DNA of 64,000 nt, from positions 11,346,001 through 11,410,000 of the forward strand of contig OX597823.1 of assembly GCA_951406725.2 (NCBI GenBank). Direction: 5' to 3'. This DNA is from Octopus vulgaris (taxonomy: Eukaryota). The notes beneath the pieces were generated by a model. That model ran no database searches and was not told the origin of the DNA. It saw only the letters and a list, made by a program, of their open reading frames with translations. Below, piece after piece: positions 1-12,707 of this stretch. Position 1 is the stretch's first letter; each line of letters begins with the position of its first letter. The position numbers and the translations under genes were made by a program.

Positions 1-29
1 GAAACTGAAAGAAGCCTGTCGTATATATG

Positions 30-62
<33 letters not shown>

Positions 63-259
63 TTGTGTGTCTGTGTTTGTCCCCCTAGCATCGCTTGACA
101 ACTGATGCTGGTGTGTTTATGTCCCCGTCTCTTGGTGGTTCGGCAAAAAGAGACCAATAGAATAAGTCCTGGGGGTCGATTTGCTCGACTAAAGGCGGTG
201 CTCCAGCATAGCCGCAGTCAAATGACTGAAACAAGTAAAAATAAAAGTAAAAGTAAAGT
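1..259 (+). mobile_element. SINE family A, 3' part (cut by window edge)
   Basis: Matches the 3' half of the full copy at 12289-12707 and ends in cagtcaaatgactgaaacaagtaaaa. Confidence 0.9.
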
Positions 260-1304
260 ATATACATATATATATGCGTGTGTGTATGTTCTAAATTTGT
301 TTGTAGTTTATGATTGATTCTACAGGCAAAAACTTGTTGATCTTTAAGATTAGGTTTATTGGTTGTTTATTGTTAGACTAGTTCAACTTTGATATGAAAG
401 TAATCTATATATCTTGAAACCCCAAAATGATTAATTCATTCTTTAATTTAGAAACTATATACATTTTAACTGTAGTGTTCATATATTTGAGAAAAATATA
501 TTTTCAAAACTTTCAGCCTTTATTCCGGTTATAACATTTTATAATGTTTCCAAACAGGTTTTTTTTAAGCCCATAAAAAATTTTTTAATGAAAATAAATC
601 TTGGAAAAATACTGTATTGGAAATGTAACCTAGGTGATAGTTCTTAAACATCAGAAAGCAAATGCTTTATTTTTCAGTTAGCAAGGAGAAAATAACTTCT
701 TTTTTATATATGGCTTCAAATTTAACTGGTAAACCAACCAATATAAAGTAACATAAATTTAGGTCTTGACACTATAAATATGAAGTTATTAAAAGTTAAT
801 TATTATAACTGGTAAATCATTACATAAGACTTTAACACTGAACTATTCTGTGCTTCATAATGCTAATATGATGGTAATGTTAGTTAATAAAATATGAAGT
901 TCACAAAATACTACATTACACTATACTCAATATTAATTTATTCAGCATAATCTAATATTGAACAGTAATGAATTATAATGTAATAAATATTAATATTGTA
1001 TATATTAAACAATGTATATATGTATGTGTGTGTTTGTGTGTTATTCATTTAATGTCCATTTTTCCATGCTAGCATGGCTTGGATGGGAATTGATTCTGTG
1101 ATAGGATTTTTAGTGCCTTATTCTCTTCCTCTTGCCATCCCTCATATGTTTTTTTAGGTAAGGGATTTTTGTAGTCCCACAGGTAATTGAAAGTATGGAG
1201 TGACTGGTCATAATGTCAACACAGATAGAAACACCATGACTGTTTCCATCAAATGGTGACAAAGGAACCATTGACATAGATAATTGCTTATTATTCCTTG
1301 TTGG

Positions 1305-1670
1305 GGCAAGCGAAATCGAAATCGAATTGAACCAGCCAGGATCCCTGGTCTGGTGGTACGTAAAAAGCACCATCCGACTCGTGGCCGATGCCAGCATCGC
1401 CTCGAATGGCTTCCGTGCCGGTGGCACATAAAATACACCAATCCGACCGTGGCCGTTGCCAGCCTTGCCTGGCACCTGTGCAGGTGGCACGTAAAAAGCA
1501 CCCACTACACTCACGGAGTGGTTGGCATTAGGAAGGGCATCCAGCTGTAGAAACATTGCCAGATTAGACTGGAGCCTGGTGCAGCCTTCTGGCTTCCCAG
1601 ATCCCCAGTTGAACCGTCCAACCCATGCTGGCATGGAGAACGGATGTTAAACGATGATGATGATGATGAT
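1305..1670 (+). mobile_element. SINE/retroposon family C with (GAT)n tail and internal ~62-bp subrepeats
   Basis: gtggcacgtaaaaagcacc...ggttggcattaggaagggcatccagctgtagaaac...gttaaacgatgatgat; many reverse copies elsewhere in the window. Confidence 0.85.
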
Positions 1671-1929
1671 TCCTTTCTTCATTACAAAGATTATTACTTC
1701 AGTAGTTTCAAACCTCTTCCAACAATTCAATTGCATGGAATCAGTTTTTCTTCAACAAGTCCTCTGATTGCTCCAGTTCAATAATAAGCTTAGACGTCAT
1801 CTATGTCTGCTGTTTTCACTGTTCAAGAATTTCAATTTCCTCCTGACTGAGTGGTTTCCACATAGTTGTAGCATTGATTTCTGAGAAGGCCAGTCCTTGT
1901 GTGAAACAAAGAGAAAAATGATTACAAAA

Positions 1930-2020
1930 TGTTGGTGGATGGTATATCTTGGTTGTTGGTATATCTTGGTGGTTGGTATATCTTGGTGGATGTTGGTGGA
2001 TGGTATGGTTGTTGGTATAT
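1930..2020. repeat. Degenerate ~17-18-bp tandem repeat (tggtatatcttggt(t/g)g)
   Basis: Unit seen about 4 times. Confidence 0.7.
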
Positions 2021-2196
2021 ATACATTTTCAGGTTTTCTTTTGCTTTTGACTTCAGAAAGGTTAGTTTTGATGGTGACTGAGCGACACCAGTTGGGATCA
2101 GATGGGAGCTATAATCTAAGCCTACTGAGAACAAATGTCACCCAGTAAGACTATATTAATAGTTTTGTTCAAGTTGGTTAGCTGCTCTGTCATACT

Positions 2197-2268
2197 GGAG
2201 TGGCTGTGTGGTAAGTAGCTGGCTACAACACGGTTCCAGGTTCATTCCCACTGAATGGCACCTTGGGT
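2197..2268 (+). mobile_element. SINE family A, tRNA-like head only
   Basis: ggagtggctgtgtggtaagtagc...ggttcattcccactg...gcaccttggg. Confidence 0.75.
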
Positions 2269-2554
2269 CTTCTGATCCATGCCATCATAGAAAAGCAGAA
2301 GTAAAATGCAGAGTAATATACTTTTCATTAAAGCTTCAAAATTATCACAGATCTGTTACTCAGAGTTCCATGTTTTCATTTGTCAGACAGTTGCCAAATG
2401 TTCTCATTTATCGAAGAACTGTCCTATGAATGGGAACATGAAACTCTGAGTAACAGTTCTGTGATAATTTTGCAACTTTAATTAAAAGTATATTACTCTA
2501 CCTTTGATATTCAAGTACTATTTTTTCCACCTTATTTTGCACTTATGTGCTCAC

Positions 2555-2625
<71 letters not shown>

Positions 2626-2627
<2 letters not shown>

Positions 2628-2744
2628 AGGTGGTGCTATTTACCAGGTGGTGCTATTTACCAGGTGGTGCTATTTACCAGGTGGTGCTATTAAGTTAGAC
2701 ATGGCCTGGGCCAATAATGGCCGAAACCTATCAAAGTATCAAAG

Positions 2745-2746
<2 letters not shown>
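2626..2746 (+). mobile_element. 3'-end stub of LINE family 2 with a 17-bp unit repeated four times
   Basis: (ccaggtggtgctattta) repeats then agttagacatggcctgggccaataatggccgaaac; reverse complement of 25840-25887. Confidence 0.8.
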
Positions 2747-3124
<378 letters not shown>

Positions 3125-4054
3125 TTTTCCTCCCCATCAAAAGCCCTAAGTTTTCTTTATAACTAACCCAACTCCTCTTTTAGTATAAACTCTTTCTTCT
3201 TCCACCCCATTTCCACCCTAGATTAAATTCTGACCACTGCCATCACCTTTTCTTGTCCGTAATAATCCCTAAATTCTCCTATTTTAACTACAGCCATCTT
3301 TCTCTTGAAAGCCTACAATGGTACTTAAGCTTTGATACTGTTTTCACCTTATAGTTTAGAGATACTTTGAGGTTACTGTCAACAGAAAATATTGGACTGT
3401 ATACATATATTCTTTTAGTCAGTCAATATTTGCTGTGAATAGTTACTGAAAAACTTAAGTATATATATACACATAGCTGTGAGTGTATACATAATTGCGT
3501 GTATTTATATATATATGAATATACAAAGATGTGTGTCTATGTGTGTGTGCGTACATAAATACCTATGTACATACATACATACACATTCGTATATATGTAC
3601 ACACACATACACACATAGGTGACTTGAAAGGAAGCAGGTTGGGGGAAGGTAAATATAAAAATATAGAAAAATAACTACCCCAGCTCCCTGATATATGAAG
3701 TGTTTTTTTCCTTTATTGTGTTATTTTCTTTCACTTAGCTAGATAAGACATTTATGATAACCAGTATGACTCCCTTATACTGCTGGTTGATGGTGGTTCA
3801 TTGAATATTCTCAACTGATTTAATAGAAGCTGCAATAACCAACTGGCTGGCTCATTCCCTTCCTCCTCTCTTTTCTTCTCTCTCTCTCTCTCTCTTTCTC
3901 TCTCTATTTTCGCCTTCTCCTCCATCACTATCTCCATGAACTACTCTGTGTAATTCAGTATTAATGTGGATATTGATCGAAGTGTAGAAATGGATGTGCT
4001 GAACTGTAGTTCATAGGCTGACCCAGATTGGAGGACATCTTAGGAGAGCCCAAA

Positions 4055-4560
4055 AACCAGCATCAACACCACTACCACCACCACCACCACCACCATCAAC
4101 ACTGCTATCACTATCACCACCAACAGCATCAGGCTCAGTTATCATCTATACTAGCACCACCAGTGCCATCACCACTACTACCATCACTACCTCACACAAC
4201 TGCAAAAAAGCATCACTATCATGAACACTATACCACCATCATTATCATTTTTACTATCACCATTGCTACTATCACACCAGTGTCTCTACTACTACTACTA
4301 CTACTACCAGCACCACCAGCTACACCACTACCACCACAATCAGCTCTATTGACACCATTAGCATCATCATTACTACTGTCTCACTAAGACTGCTACCACG
4401 ACCACCACTACCACCGTCACACCTAACACCACAATCACTACTGCTACTACCATTATCACCACAACCATTATCACAATCACCACTATCACAACCACCACTA
4501 TCGCCGTAAGCACTTCCACTACAATCACAACCATCACCAGCATCCGCAACAGCAACAAGA
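4055..4560. repeat. Degenerate (CAC/CAT/TAC)n low-complexity tract
   Basis: Seen directly; explains the His/Thr/Pro- and Val-rich ORFs. Confidence 0.85.
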
Positions 4561-5081
4561 ATATATCATTCCATCGTAGCAAGTCTGCAAATTAGTAGTT
4601 TTGTTCTACTAACCAGACAATTTGAAAATTATGCAATTGATTTATTGCACTATATTTATCCAATAGGTAATTTTTAATAATTTATGAATTAAAATATTTA
4701 TTTTCAAGTTTCATTTTTTTTAGTGTATTTAAATTTCAATGCAGTTATAACAACAATAAGGACACTGAAAAAGTGTAACTATAATGTTGAGACACTTGTC
4801 AGGCTTGTCATGTGTAACGGAAATTTTTTAATATCATGTATATAAGTACTTGGACCTGCACACACGCACACATGGCCACATCTCTCTCGCTTTCTCTCAT
4901 TCTCATACACACAAATATGTATAAATACATATGCATCATGTACACACAATACAATACATAAATAAGATATATAATGTATCTGTATATACAAAGATACACA
5001 TATATTTACAGTATATATATATATATATTAACACATACATGCATCTATAAAAGCTGATGTTAGGATGTGTGTGTGTATATG

Positions 5082-5113
<32 letters not shown>

Positions 5114-5308
5114 GGTCCCGGGTTGAGTCGGGGTTAACCACAGTAAATAAGGTACTCAATACATAGCAGAGTAAATTAATTTATTATATAGAAGGAGCTT
5201 CTACAGGACTAGAACTGTTTCATTCAAAAGAAATCATCAGGAGCTTCCTGATGATTTCTTTTGAATGAAAAAGTTCTAGTCCTGTAGAAGCTCCTTCTAT
5301 ATAATAAA
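5114..5308. mobile_element. Inverted-repeat element with hammerhead motifs (Penelope-like pLTR or retrozyme-like remnant)
   Basis: 63-bp arms at 5180-5242 and 5246-5308 with 1 mismatch; each arm carries a CTGATGA..GAAA..GTA core. Confidence 0.65.
5240..5294 (+). ncRNA. Type I hammerhead ribozyme motif (mirror copy on - strand at 5194-5247)
   Basis: Stem I ggagcttc/gaagctcc, core CTGATGA, stem II ttc-tttt-gaa, GAAA, stem III (c/a)ag..ctg, GTA cleavage triplet. Confidence 0.75.
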
Positions 5309-5309
5309 A

Positions 5310-5359
<50 letters not shown>

Positions 5360-5367
5360 TATATAAA

Positions 5368-5930
5368 AACTTGCTTAGAGGAAACGAAACGACGCAAGGG
5401 CGCTCAGTCATACAATAGTGTAATAAATAAAATATATGCATACATACATACATATATGTACGTACCTACATCTACATGTATATATACATGCATATTTAAA
5501 TATATATACGTGAGTACAGGACACCACAAATAGACGTAGAACTCAACGAGAAACGAAAACATAAAAACAAACAGGGAAACGGACCTTTTTTTTAACAACA
5601 AAACAACAGAGTACAAGACAAACAACACAAGGAAAATTCCCCTTCATCAGCTGTCCCTAGTACGACTCCATACGTGTTTCAAAGGTGAGGACAGAACACG
5701 ACTCGTCGAACTAGCCCTTCCTGTGAAAGAATTAAATAAAATTCCTTTGCAGAGGGGTAAAAACAAGGAAAGAAAAAAATGTGACAAAACAGGACGTAAA
5801 AACGATACGAATAAAATTACAAAATAAAATACAAAATTAAAATACAATTACAAAAAAATACAGTACAAGAAATAAAAACAAACAAGAAAACAAACAATGA
5901 GGCCCTTTTTTGGCCTAGACGAGGAAAGAT
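5368..5930 (-). mobile_element. Probable interspersed repeat with hammerhead-like core fragments (possibly Penelope-related)
   Basis: Minus strand reads cctttGAAAcacGTA...ggacagCTGATGAagggg; CpG-rich relative to flanks; stem I is not canonical. Confidence 0.35.
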
Positions 5931-6324
5931 TTTTAAGAGCAGAGGAAGAAATCCTAAAATCAGCCTTCAGTACTTCATCCCATGTTTTCATTCGCTTCTC
6001 TCTATCCACAGCACTTTCTCGCGCCCAGTGCTTTTCTTTTTTTGCTAGGTCTGGTTGAAGGTGCAGTGCCCATGACCTCCACAAGTTCCCTAATGCCAGT
6101 GAGATTGATATTTTCAATGTTCAGCTCAAACTGTTGCTAGTCAACACCAACAGGGAAGATATGAATCAGGAGGAAATCCCAGAGGGCCACATTTTGAGGA
6201 AGTAGCACTAGGAAAGAGTGGTTTAGTCAGGACCTGAGAGGCATTGCACATAACATGAATAATAAGAGGAAGAAATGAAAGTGTCTGTATGAAGGTGACA
6301 ATGAGCCCAGCAAGCTCTGTGTTA

Positions 6325-6602
6325 CAGAGACTGCGTCGGCTGTGGGGTCACTCCGAAAAGCTCTATCTGTGACAATTTCATCTCAATTGAAGGAGAAGGG
6401 CTTTCTCCGTCCGGGTCACGGATCTGTGGAATAAGCTGCCGGACGAGATAGTGAAGATGCCGACGACCACTCGGTTCAAAGACTCTCTTGACTAGAAATG
6501 GCATGAACTCTTTGCATGAACACCCTCCCTGTACATAACTCCATGTCCCCCCTACATGGCCTTGCTTTTGCTTTTTGAGCCAAAAAATTAACTTAACTTA
6601 AC
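6325..6602 (+). mobile_element. CR1-type LINE 3' end (ORF2 C-terminus plus (TTAAC)n tail)
   Basis: Translates LRRLWGHSEKLYL*QFHLN*RRRAFSVRVTDLWNKLPDEIVKMPTTTRFKDSLD*, the typical GH.KL...FS.RV..WN.LP...FK..LD motif. Confidence 0.85.
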
Positions 6603-6618
6603 TATATCAGTTGCAGAA

Positions 6619-6849
6619 GGTAGCGAGCTGCTAGAAACGTTAGCATGCCGGGCGAAATGCATTGCCGTATTTCATCTGCCGTTACGTTCCGAGTTCAAAT
6701 TCCGCCGAGGTCGACTTTGCCTTTCATCCTTCCAGGGTCAATAAAATAAGTACCAGTTACGCACTGGGGTCAATGTAATCGACTTAATCCGTTTGTCTGT
6801 CCTTGTTTGTCTCCTCTGTGTTTAGCCCCTTGTGAGTAGTAAAGAAATA
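6619..6849 (+). mobile_element. SINE family B (tRNA-like head, Meta/MESC-like central domain), full length with 16-bp TSD
   Basis: B-box gagttcaaattcc; core gcctttcatccttcc.gggtc.ataaa.taagtacc; TSD tatatcagttgcagaa at 6603-6618 and 6850-6865. Confidence 0.9.
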
Positions 6850-7330
6850 TATATCAGTTGCAGAAAATTCAGAGATAGGAGGCAGCTCTCCTTTTGACCA
6901 GAAATGGAATGTGTCTGTGAAAGATTTTATACTTGTCAGTTGAGTTGTCTTTCTCTTGATACAGTTTGTAATGCCTGTATGTGCAGAAGCAGCAGCAGCA
7001 GCAACACCTCTCAGATGTGGGAACATCCTTCCATTATGTGCCTTGCCCGAGTTTCATTGAGTGTCAGAATGTTTGAGCTCTGAAGTAGTTTCTGATTCAG
7101 AAGACAAGGCCAATCTTTGGAATGCTGTCCTGCCTATGATAAGGATATGTTTTTTCTAGGAAAAATCTTCAGTGATAGTAAGCAGCCATGAAGGCACTAG
7201 TTGTATGTTGTTTATATTTTACGTGATATATAGTGCAATGATGTATATAATTATATACATCATTCTTGATATAATTATAAGTAGTGCCAGTGCTGTTAGG
7301 TGACAACATTGGCATGGCCTGACTGGAGGA

Positions 7331-7433
7331 TGCTATAGCAGAAGACACTTGCCCAAGGTGCCACGCAGTGGGACTGAACCCAGAACCATGTGTTTGGTAA
7401 GCAAGCTACTTACCACACAGCCACTCCTGCGCC
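7331..7433 (-). mobile_element. SINE family A head fragment
   Basis: Reverse complement of 12289-12390. Confidence 0.85.
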
Positions 7434-7564
7434 TGTTGACAAAGAAACAAAACTGCTCAGTCAAGTGATGGAGTTTTGTCTCTTAATAAGAAACTAACTC
7501 CTTCTTTATAGGAAGAATTCAAATAGTTACCAAAGAAAATTTATATATACATATATATATATAT

Positions 7565-8071
7565 TTTGTTTCAGCTCAGAGCTGCGGCCATGCTGATGAA
7601 CTGCCGTTTTGTGCTACACTGTTATTACTAAGGGCCCCCTCTAATATGTGGCACTTGGTAAAGAATGGAGTTTGATATAGTTACCCTCATTTGCACCTCT
7701 TGCCGTGAGGTAGGTTCATCTGGGACTCTCGATAGGAAGAGGTCCAGCTTTGATTTAAAAACTGCTACATCTACTTTGTGCAAGTTCCTCAGACTCTTTG
7801 GGAGAATATTAAAAAGCTGTGGGCCCTTGAAACCCAGGCTGTTGCAGAAGCTAGTCCTGAAGCGTGATGGCATTGCTGGGATCTTTGGCACTTTGCAGTG
7901 TCATCCCGTTCTAGCATTGGTGTAGCTTACAATGCCAAAATTTGGCACAATTCCTTCCAGGATCTTCCAGATATATATTACTGCATACCTCTCCCATCTT
8001 CTCTCCAGGGAGTAGAGTCTTAGCTGCTTCAACCTTTCCCAGTAGCTGAGCTGTTGCAAAGAGACAATCTT
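7565..8071 (-). mobile_element. LINE family 1 (CR1/L2-group) 3' fragment with 3' tail
   Basis: ORF ..SLGFKGPQLFNILPK..FKSKLDLFLSRVPDEP..; homologous to 54425-55470. Confidence 0.9.
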
Positions 8072-8416
8072 ATATATGTAGTTTATTGAGGTTGGCCCAG
8101 TGGTATTTTAGTCTGAAGTTTCCACAGTATTCAACCTCTTCTTGAGAGACACCTTCTTTCACTATAGTGGTGGAAGAAATACAGAAAAAAAATGCTTATA
8201 AAGTATTGTAAATGAGTTATTAATACATTCTCATTGCTCTCTTTGCACTTCTTTTCATGCTACTTCTTCCATCATAGCAGTGATGAGTCTAATGTCTCTT
8301 GTATGATGAATAGGTTGTGTATCATGAAAATGCTAGTGTGACAGGTCATTGAACCAACCTTAAAAACTGCTGTAATCTATGTTCATGTTGAGTTCTTCTC
8401 TAGGTTGTAACTCAAC

Positions 8417-8641
8417 CGAGCTGGCAGAAACGTTAGAGCACCGGGCGAAATGTTTAGCGGTATTTCGTCCGTCGTTACGTTCTGAGTTCAAATTCCGCCA
8501 AGGTCAACTTTGCCTTTCATCCTTTCGGGGTCGATATATTAAGTACCAGTTACACATTGGGGTCGATGTAATCGACTTAATACCTATGTCTGTCCTTGTT
8601 TGCCCCTCTGTGTTTAGCCCCTTGTGGGTAATAAAGAAATA
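8417..8641 (+). mobile_element. SINE family B
   Basis: Aligns end to end with 6619-6849. Confidence 0.9.
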
Positions 8642-8993
8642 GGTACTTATATATGAGTGTATGGGTATTTTCATGAAGTCATTATTCATAACTGAATCCA
8701 GCCATTTTGTCATTCATCAGTCATGACAAGCATGATGATGTTTATGACTGGAGAGTAGCACTTTCATAGTCTTCAGTATTCACATACTTTAGATAGCAGA
8801 GTATATTTGTTCAGTAATTAGCAATATTTATTTCATGATGGCAATTATAATGAAGATCATATAAAGTGTATATCTATATCTATTAATTATTTAGCTCCAA
8901 TTTAGAAATCTTGAAACTGTGTGACACAAACTCGTTATATTGTCTTTGCTTTGAAGATTAAGTTTTTCCTAAACACATTGAGCACTAAATTTT

Positions 8994-9115
8994 TTGCATT
9001 GGTTTGGTCTGGAGAAAAGGGCTGTATTCATAGTTGCATTGGTTTGGTCTGGAGAAAAGGGCTGTATTCATAGTTGCATTGGTTTGGTCTGGAGAAAAGG
9101 GCTGTATTCATAGTT
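8994..9115. repeat. Perfect 40-bp tandem repeat x3
   Basis: ttgcattggtttggtctggagaaaagggctgtattcatag; ggtttggtct recurs at 9001, 9041 and 9081. Confidence 0.95.
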
Positions 9116-9830
9116 TTTGAAGGCCTTCCTTGTCTGAATAGTTGAAAGTTGTTGGTTACAGGGGCAAAGAAAACAGGAAGAGAACCTAGAGTAATGTTCT
9201 GCGGAGAAAATGACAGAGGGTAGTGTTTAATGCGGGTCCTGGGTGTGGTAGACACAGTATGGTTGATGAGAGGAGGAAATTCAAGTGCATTGGAAATACT
9301 AGATTGAAGATGGTACAATACTCACCATCACTGACAAGCATAAAAAAGGGCAAAGTGAGCAGATAGCAGATCTGAGGGCCAGAAGTTTGAGTAGGTTGAT
9401 GAATTACTAAGGGCCCCCTCTAATATGTGGCACTTGGTGAAGAATGGAGTTTGATATAGTTACCCTCATTTGCACCTCTTGCCGTGAGGTAGGTTCATCT
9501 GGGACTCTCGACAGGAAGAGGTCCAGCTTTGATTTAAAAACTGCTACATCTACTTTGTGCAAGTTCCTCAGACTCTTTGGGAGAATATTAAAAGGCTGTG
9601 GGCCCTTGAAACCCAGGCTGTTGCAGTAGCTAGTCCTGAAGCGTGATGGCATTGCTGGGATCTTTGGCACTATGCAGTGTCATCCCGTTCTAGCATTGGT
9701 GTAGCTTACAATGCCAGTCTGATGAATAAACTTTTTTTTCTTTGTGCAGTGTAGGGCATCTATGTATAGCAGTAGCATCAGTCTGAATGCAGGAGCAGTA
9801 CTCCTTTGTCAGTCTCAGTTGTTTGGTTAT
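9116..9830 (-). mobile_element. Old degenerate LINE ORF2 C-terminal remnant, interrupted by 9404-9716
   Basis: Minus-strand peptides RL.KEYCSCI... and TPRTRIKHYPLSF..SLPVFFAPVTNNFQLF resemble CR1/Jockey-group C-termini. Confidence 0.5.
9404..9716 (-). mobile_element. LINE family 1 internal fragment, near-identical to 7625-7937
   Basis: About 5 substitutions over ~313 bp by eye; no 3' tail. Confidence 0.9.
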
Positions 9831-11705
9831 ATTTGTAAATGTCATGACTTCTGACCCTCTGCCTCTACCTTATATTCAAAGTTCCCTTTTTTATTCAACT
9901 TCTTTTCATGTTTTTTTAAATAAGGATACAAAGTCATGCATTTGTAAAGGGAGGAAGGCAGCTATGCATTTCTATGATAAAAACAGTTTCTTTGAAATGG
10001 TTTCCATTGGAATGCAACACCAGATTATGGCTTCCCAAATGTTGTCGTTTCTCTTAAGCTCACTAAGGGGAATACTTTGTTGCAGTGATCCACTCTTTAA
10101 ATTGATGATATCATTTAAAAAATGCATGCATCAGTACATGATTGCTTGCATTGCATATTCACACATATGTGTTTGCATGCACAAGACCACATGCCCGTAT
10201 ACACACATAAATGTTTACACAAACATACATTAATATTCACACAAACACACAAGCTGGTAGACTTATAAAAAAAATAATATTAATTGGTTACACTCAATAA
10301 TTATGTGCAAAAAGTGCAGTAGAAGTACAGAATTGATTGAGCAATGGTTACATCCATTTACATTCTAAATCCAAATTATGCCTAGTTGAACTTTGCCTTT
10401 CATCCACCCAGAGTTACCTAAGTAAGTACTAGTTAAGTGCCAGGAAGCACTATAATCAATTATAATTTTTTCCCCAAAGATGTTTGACTTTGATGAAAGT
10501 TAGAAATCTATGTTTATATACTAAGTGTATTTTGTAAAAATAATTTTATAATTTCAAGTTATTCTGAAACGAATTAGAAGTTTTGTGTATTGGTCATTTA
10601 TAAAGTGGTAGCTGCACTCAACAGGTAAAACTTCTTTTGAGGTTTTATTTTTTGTACAGAAATATATATATATATACACTTCTTGAATACTAATTTATAA
10701 TTGACATAAAACTAAAGCTTGATAGAGGAGCAGAAATGGGATTGTGAGACATTCATGCTCCTAACAAAAAGTCAAAAGTAGAAATCATTTGTTTTTTTAA
10801 TGAAGAGTACTTCAGTTATTTGATCAACAGAACTCTCCACTCATTGTATGATGGTTATGACTGTGGTCATGCTGGAGCACCACCTTTAGTCGAGCATGGT
10901 TATGTATTCTACAGTCATTTGTATTCTTCAAGTAATCTTCTGACAGACTCAGTGTGATGCAGTGTGGAACAAGGTTTGTCCTTTGAATTACATGTACAAT
11001 CTATCTGAAGGGCTTCCACACAGTTTTTATCTACCCACTTTTGCTCACAAGATTTAGATTGAACAGGGGCTTTGGAAAAAGATATACCAAAGCACCACAG
11101 TGAGCGTGAACCCAGGATCTCATGACTGCAAAGTAAACTTCTTTACTTCAGTATACCCTTAAGCCTTTATTAAGAGTAAGACATGTATACAAGACATAAA
11201 CAATTGTGATGCAATTTTAGAATAACATTTTAAAAATCTTTTTATTTATATATTTCTTTTCTTTTATCCTATGTTAATATTAGTGAGTTTCTACAGCTTG
11301 AAGCTTACTCCAGCATTCATTATCAGAATAAATGACTGAGATAGGCCTCTCCTTCTAGTGAAGAAGCTAATTTAGCAAGAGTTCTCCAATTGCCAAAGAA
11401 AGTTTAGAGCTAAATTCTGAATTTTGATTGGAGTATTCATTGTGATGCCACTACTCTCCACTGCGATATCTTGAGTTATGTTGTTGGCTATAACTGTTGC
11501 CTAAGTACAAAGACAGGTACGGTTGAGAAGCTTGCCTCACAGCCACATGATTCTATGTTCAATCTTAGTGTATGGCACTTTAGGCAAATATCTTCTAGCT
11601 TAGCCTTGAGTCAGCCAATACCATGTGAATGGAATGTGGTAGGTAGGGACTGTCTGGAAGCTCATTGTATACATAACTGATAACCCTTTCACAGTTTAAT
11701 ATTAA

Positions 11706-11925
11706 CCCTTTTGTTACTAACCCGGCCAAAACCTGCTCTGGCTCTGTGGTAAAATGTCTTGTTTTCATAAGTTTTGAATTAAAATATTCCACCAAGCCTT
11801 AGTCACAATTTATGTTCGTAACACTAGCTGAATGATAACTAAGTTATTTTACTAAATTCTTTGTTATATTCAAAATAATTGAAAGAAACACAGAGCATCT
11901 CAAAATAAATACAGTAACAAAAGGG
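11706..11925. mobile_element. piggyBac-type MITE family B
   Basis: TTAA-cccttttgttact...agtaacaaaaggg; reverse of 63573-63792. Confidence 0.85.
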
Positions 11926-12288
11926 TAGGAAATAAAGAATAGTTAATCCAACAAAGAATGAAAACTTGGTCATCAAACATTGTTCACTGACAATTTGGCA
12001 CCACTCTATGGTAGTTACTAACAGAGAGAGGATTTACAACTGACTGAACATAGATAAAAATGCCTTTAGTCAGCATAATTTACATATAGATTCAATATTC
12101 AGTGAATCAACAGGAAATTTCAATGTAGTCACTCATTCTGCTAGAACTAGCAGCCAAATATTCCTCAAATCACATTCTATAGTTTTAAAATAGGATGCAC
12201 TAGTTGGACAGTGTAATCTTACACACACACACAGAGGAAAATAAGTCTTTCCACACAAGTAGAAGTATAAGAGAAAAAAATTGACAAT

Positions 12289-12707
12289 GGCGCAGGAGTG
12301 GCTGCGTGGTAAGTAGCTTGCTAACCAGCCACATGATTCCGGGTTCAGTCCCACTGCGTGGCACCTTGGGCAAGTGTCTTCTGCTATAGCCTTGGGCCGA
12401 CCAATGCCTTGTGAGTGGATTTGGTAGACGGAAACTGAAAGAAGCCTGTCGTATATATGTATATATATATATATGTATGTGTGTGTGTTTGTGTGTCTGT
12501 GTTTGTCCCCCTAGCATTGCTTGACAACCGATGCTGGTGTGTTTACGTCCCCGTCACTTAGCGGTTCAGCAAAAGAGACCGATAGAATAAGTACTGGGCT
12601 TACAAAGAATAAGTCCCAGGGTCAATTTGCTCGACTAAAGGCGGTGCTCCAGCATGGCCACAGTCAGATGACTGAAACAAGTAAAAGAGTAAAAGAGTAA
12701 AGAGTAA
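12289..12707 (+). mobile_element. SINE family A, full length (tRNA-like head, CORE-like box, internal microsatellite, LINE-like tail)
   Basis: A-box tggctgcgtggt, B-box ggttcagtccc, gcaccttgggcaagtgtctt, tail (gtaaaaga)n. Confidence 0.92.

Noticed and set aside
4028-4582. His/Pro/Thr-rich and Val-rich ORFs
   Set aside because: Degenerate trinucleotide tract with no splice or domain support.
5945-6040. RTE-like C-terminal peptide (KTWDEVLKADFR) and other faint LINE remnants near 20970, 22330, 32900 and 62720
   Set aside because: Too decayed to bound or classify reliably by eye.
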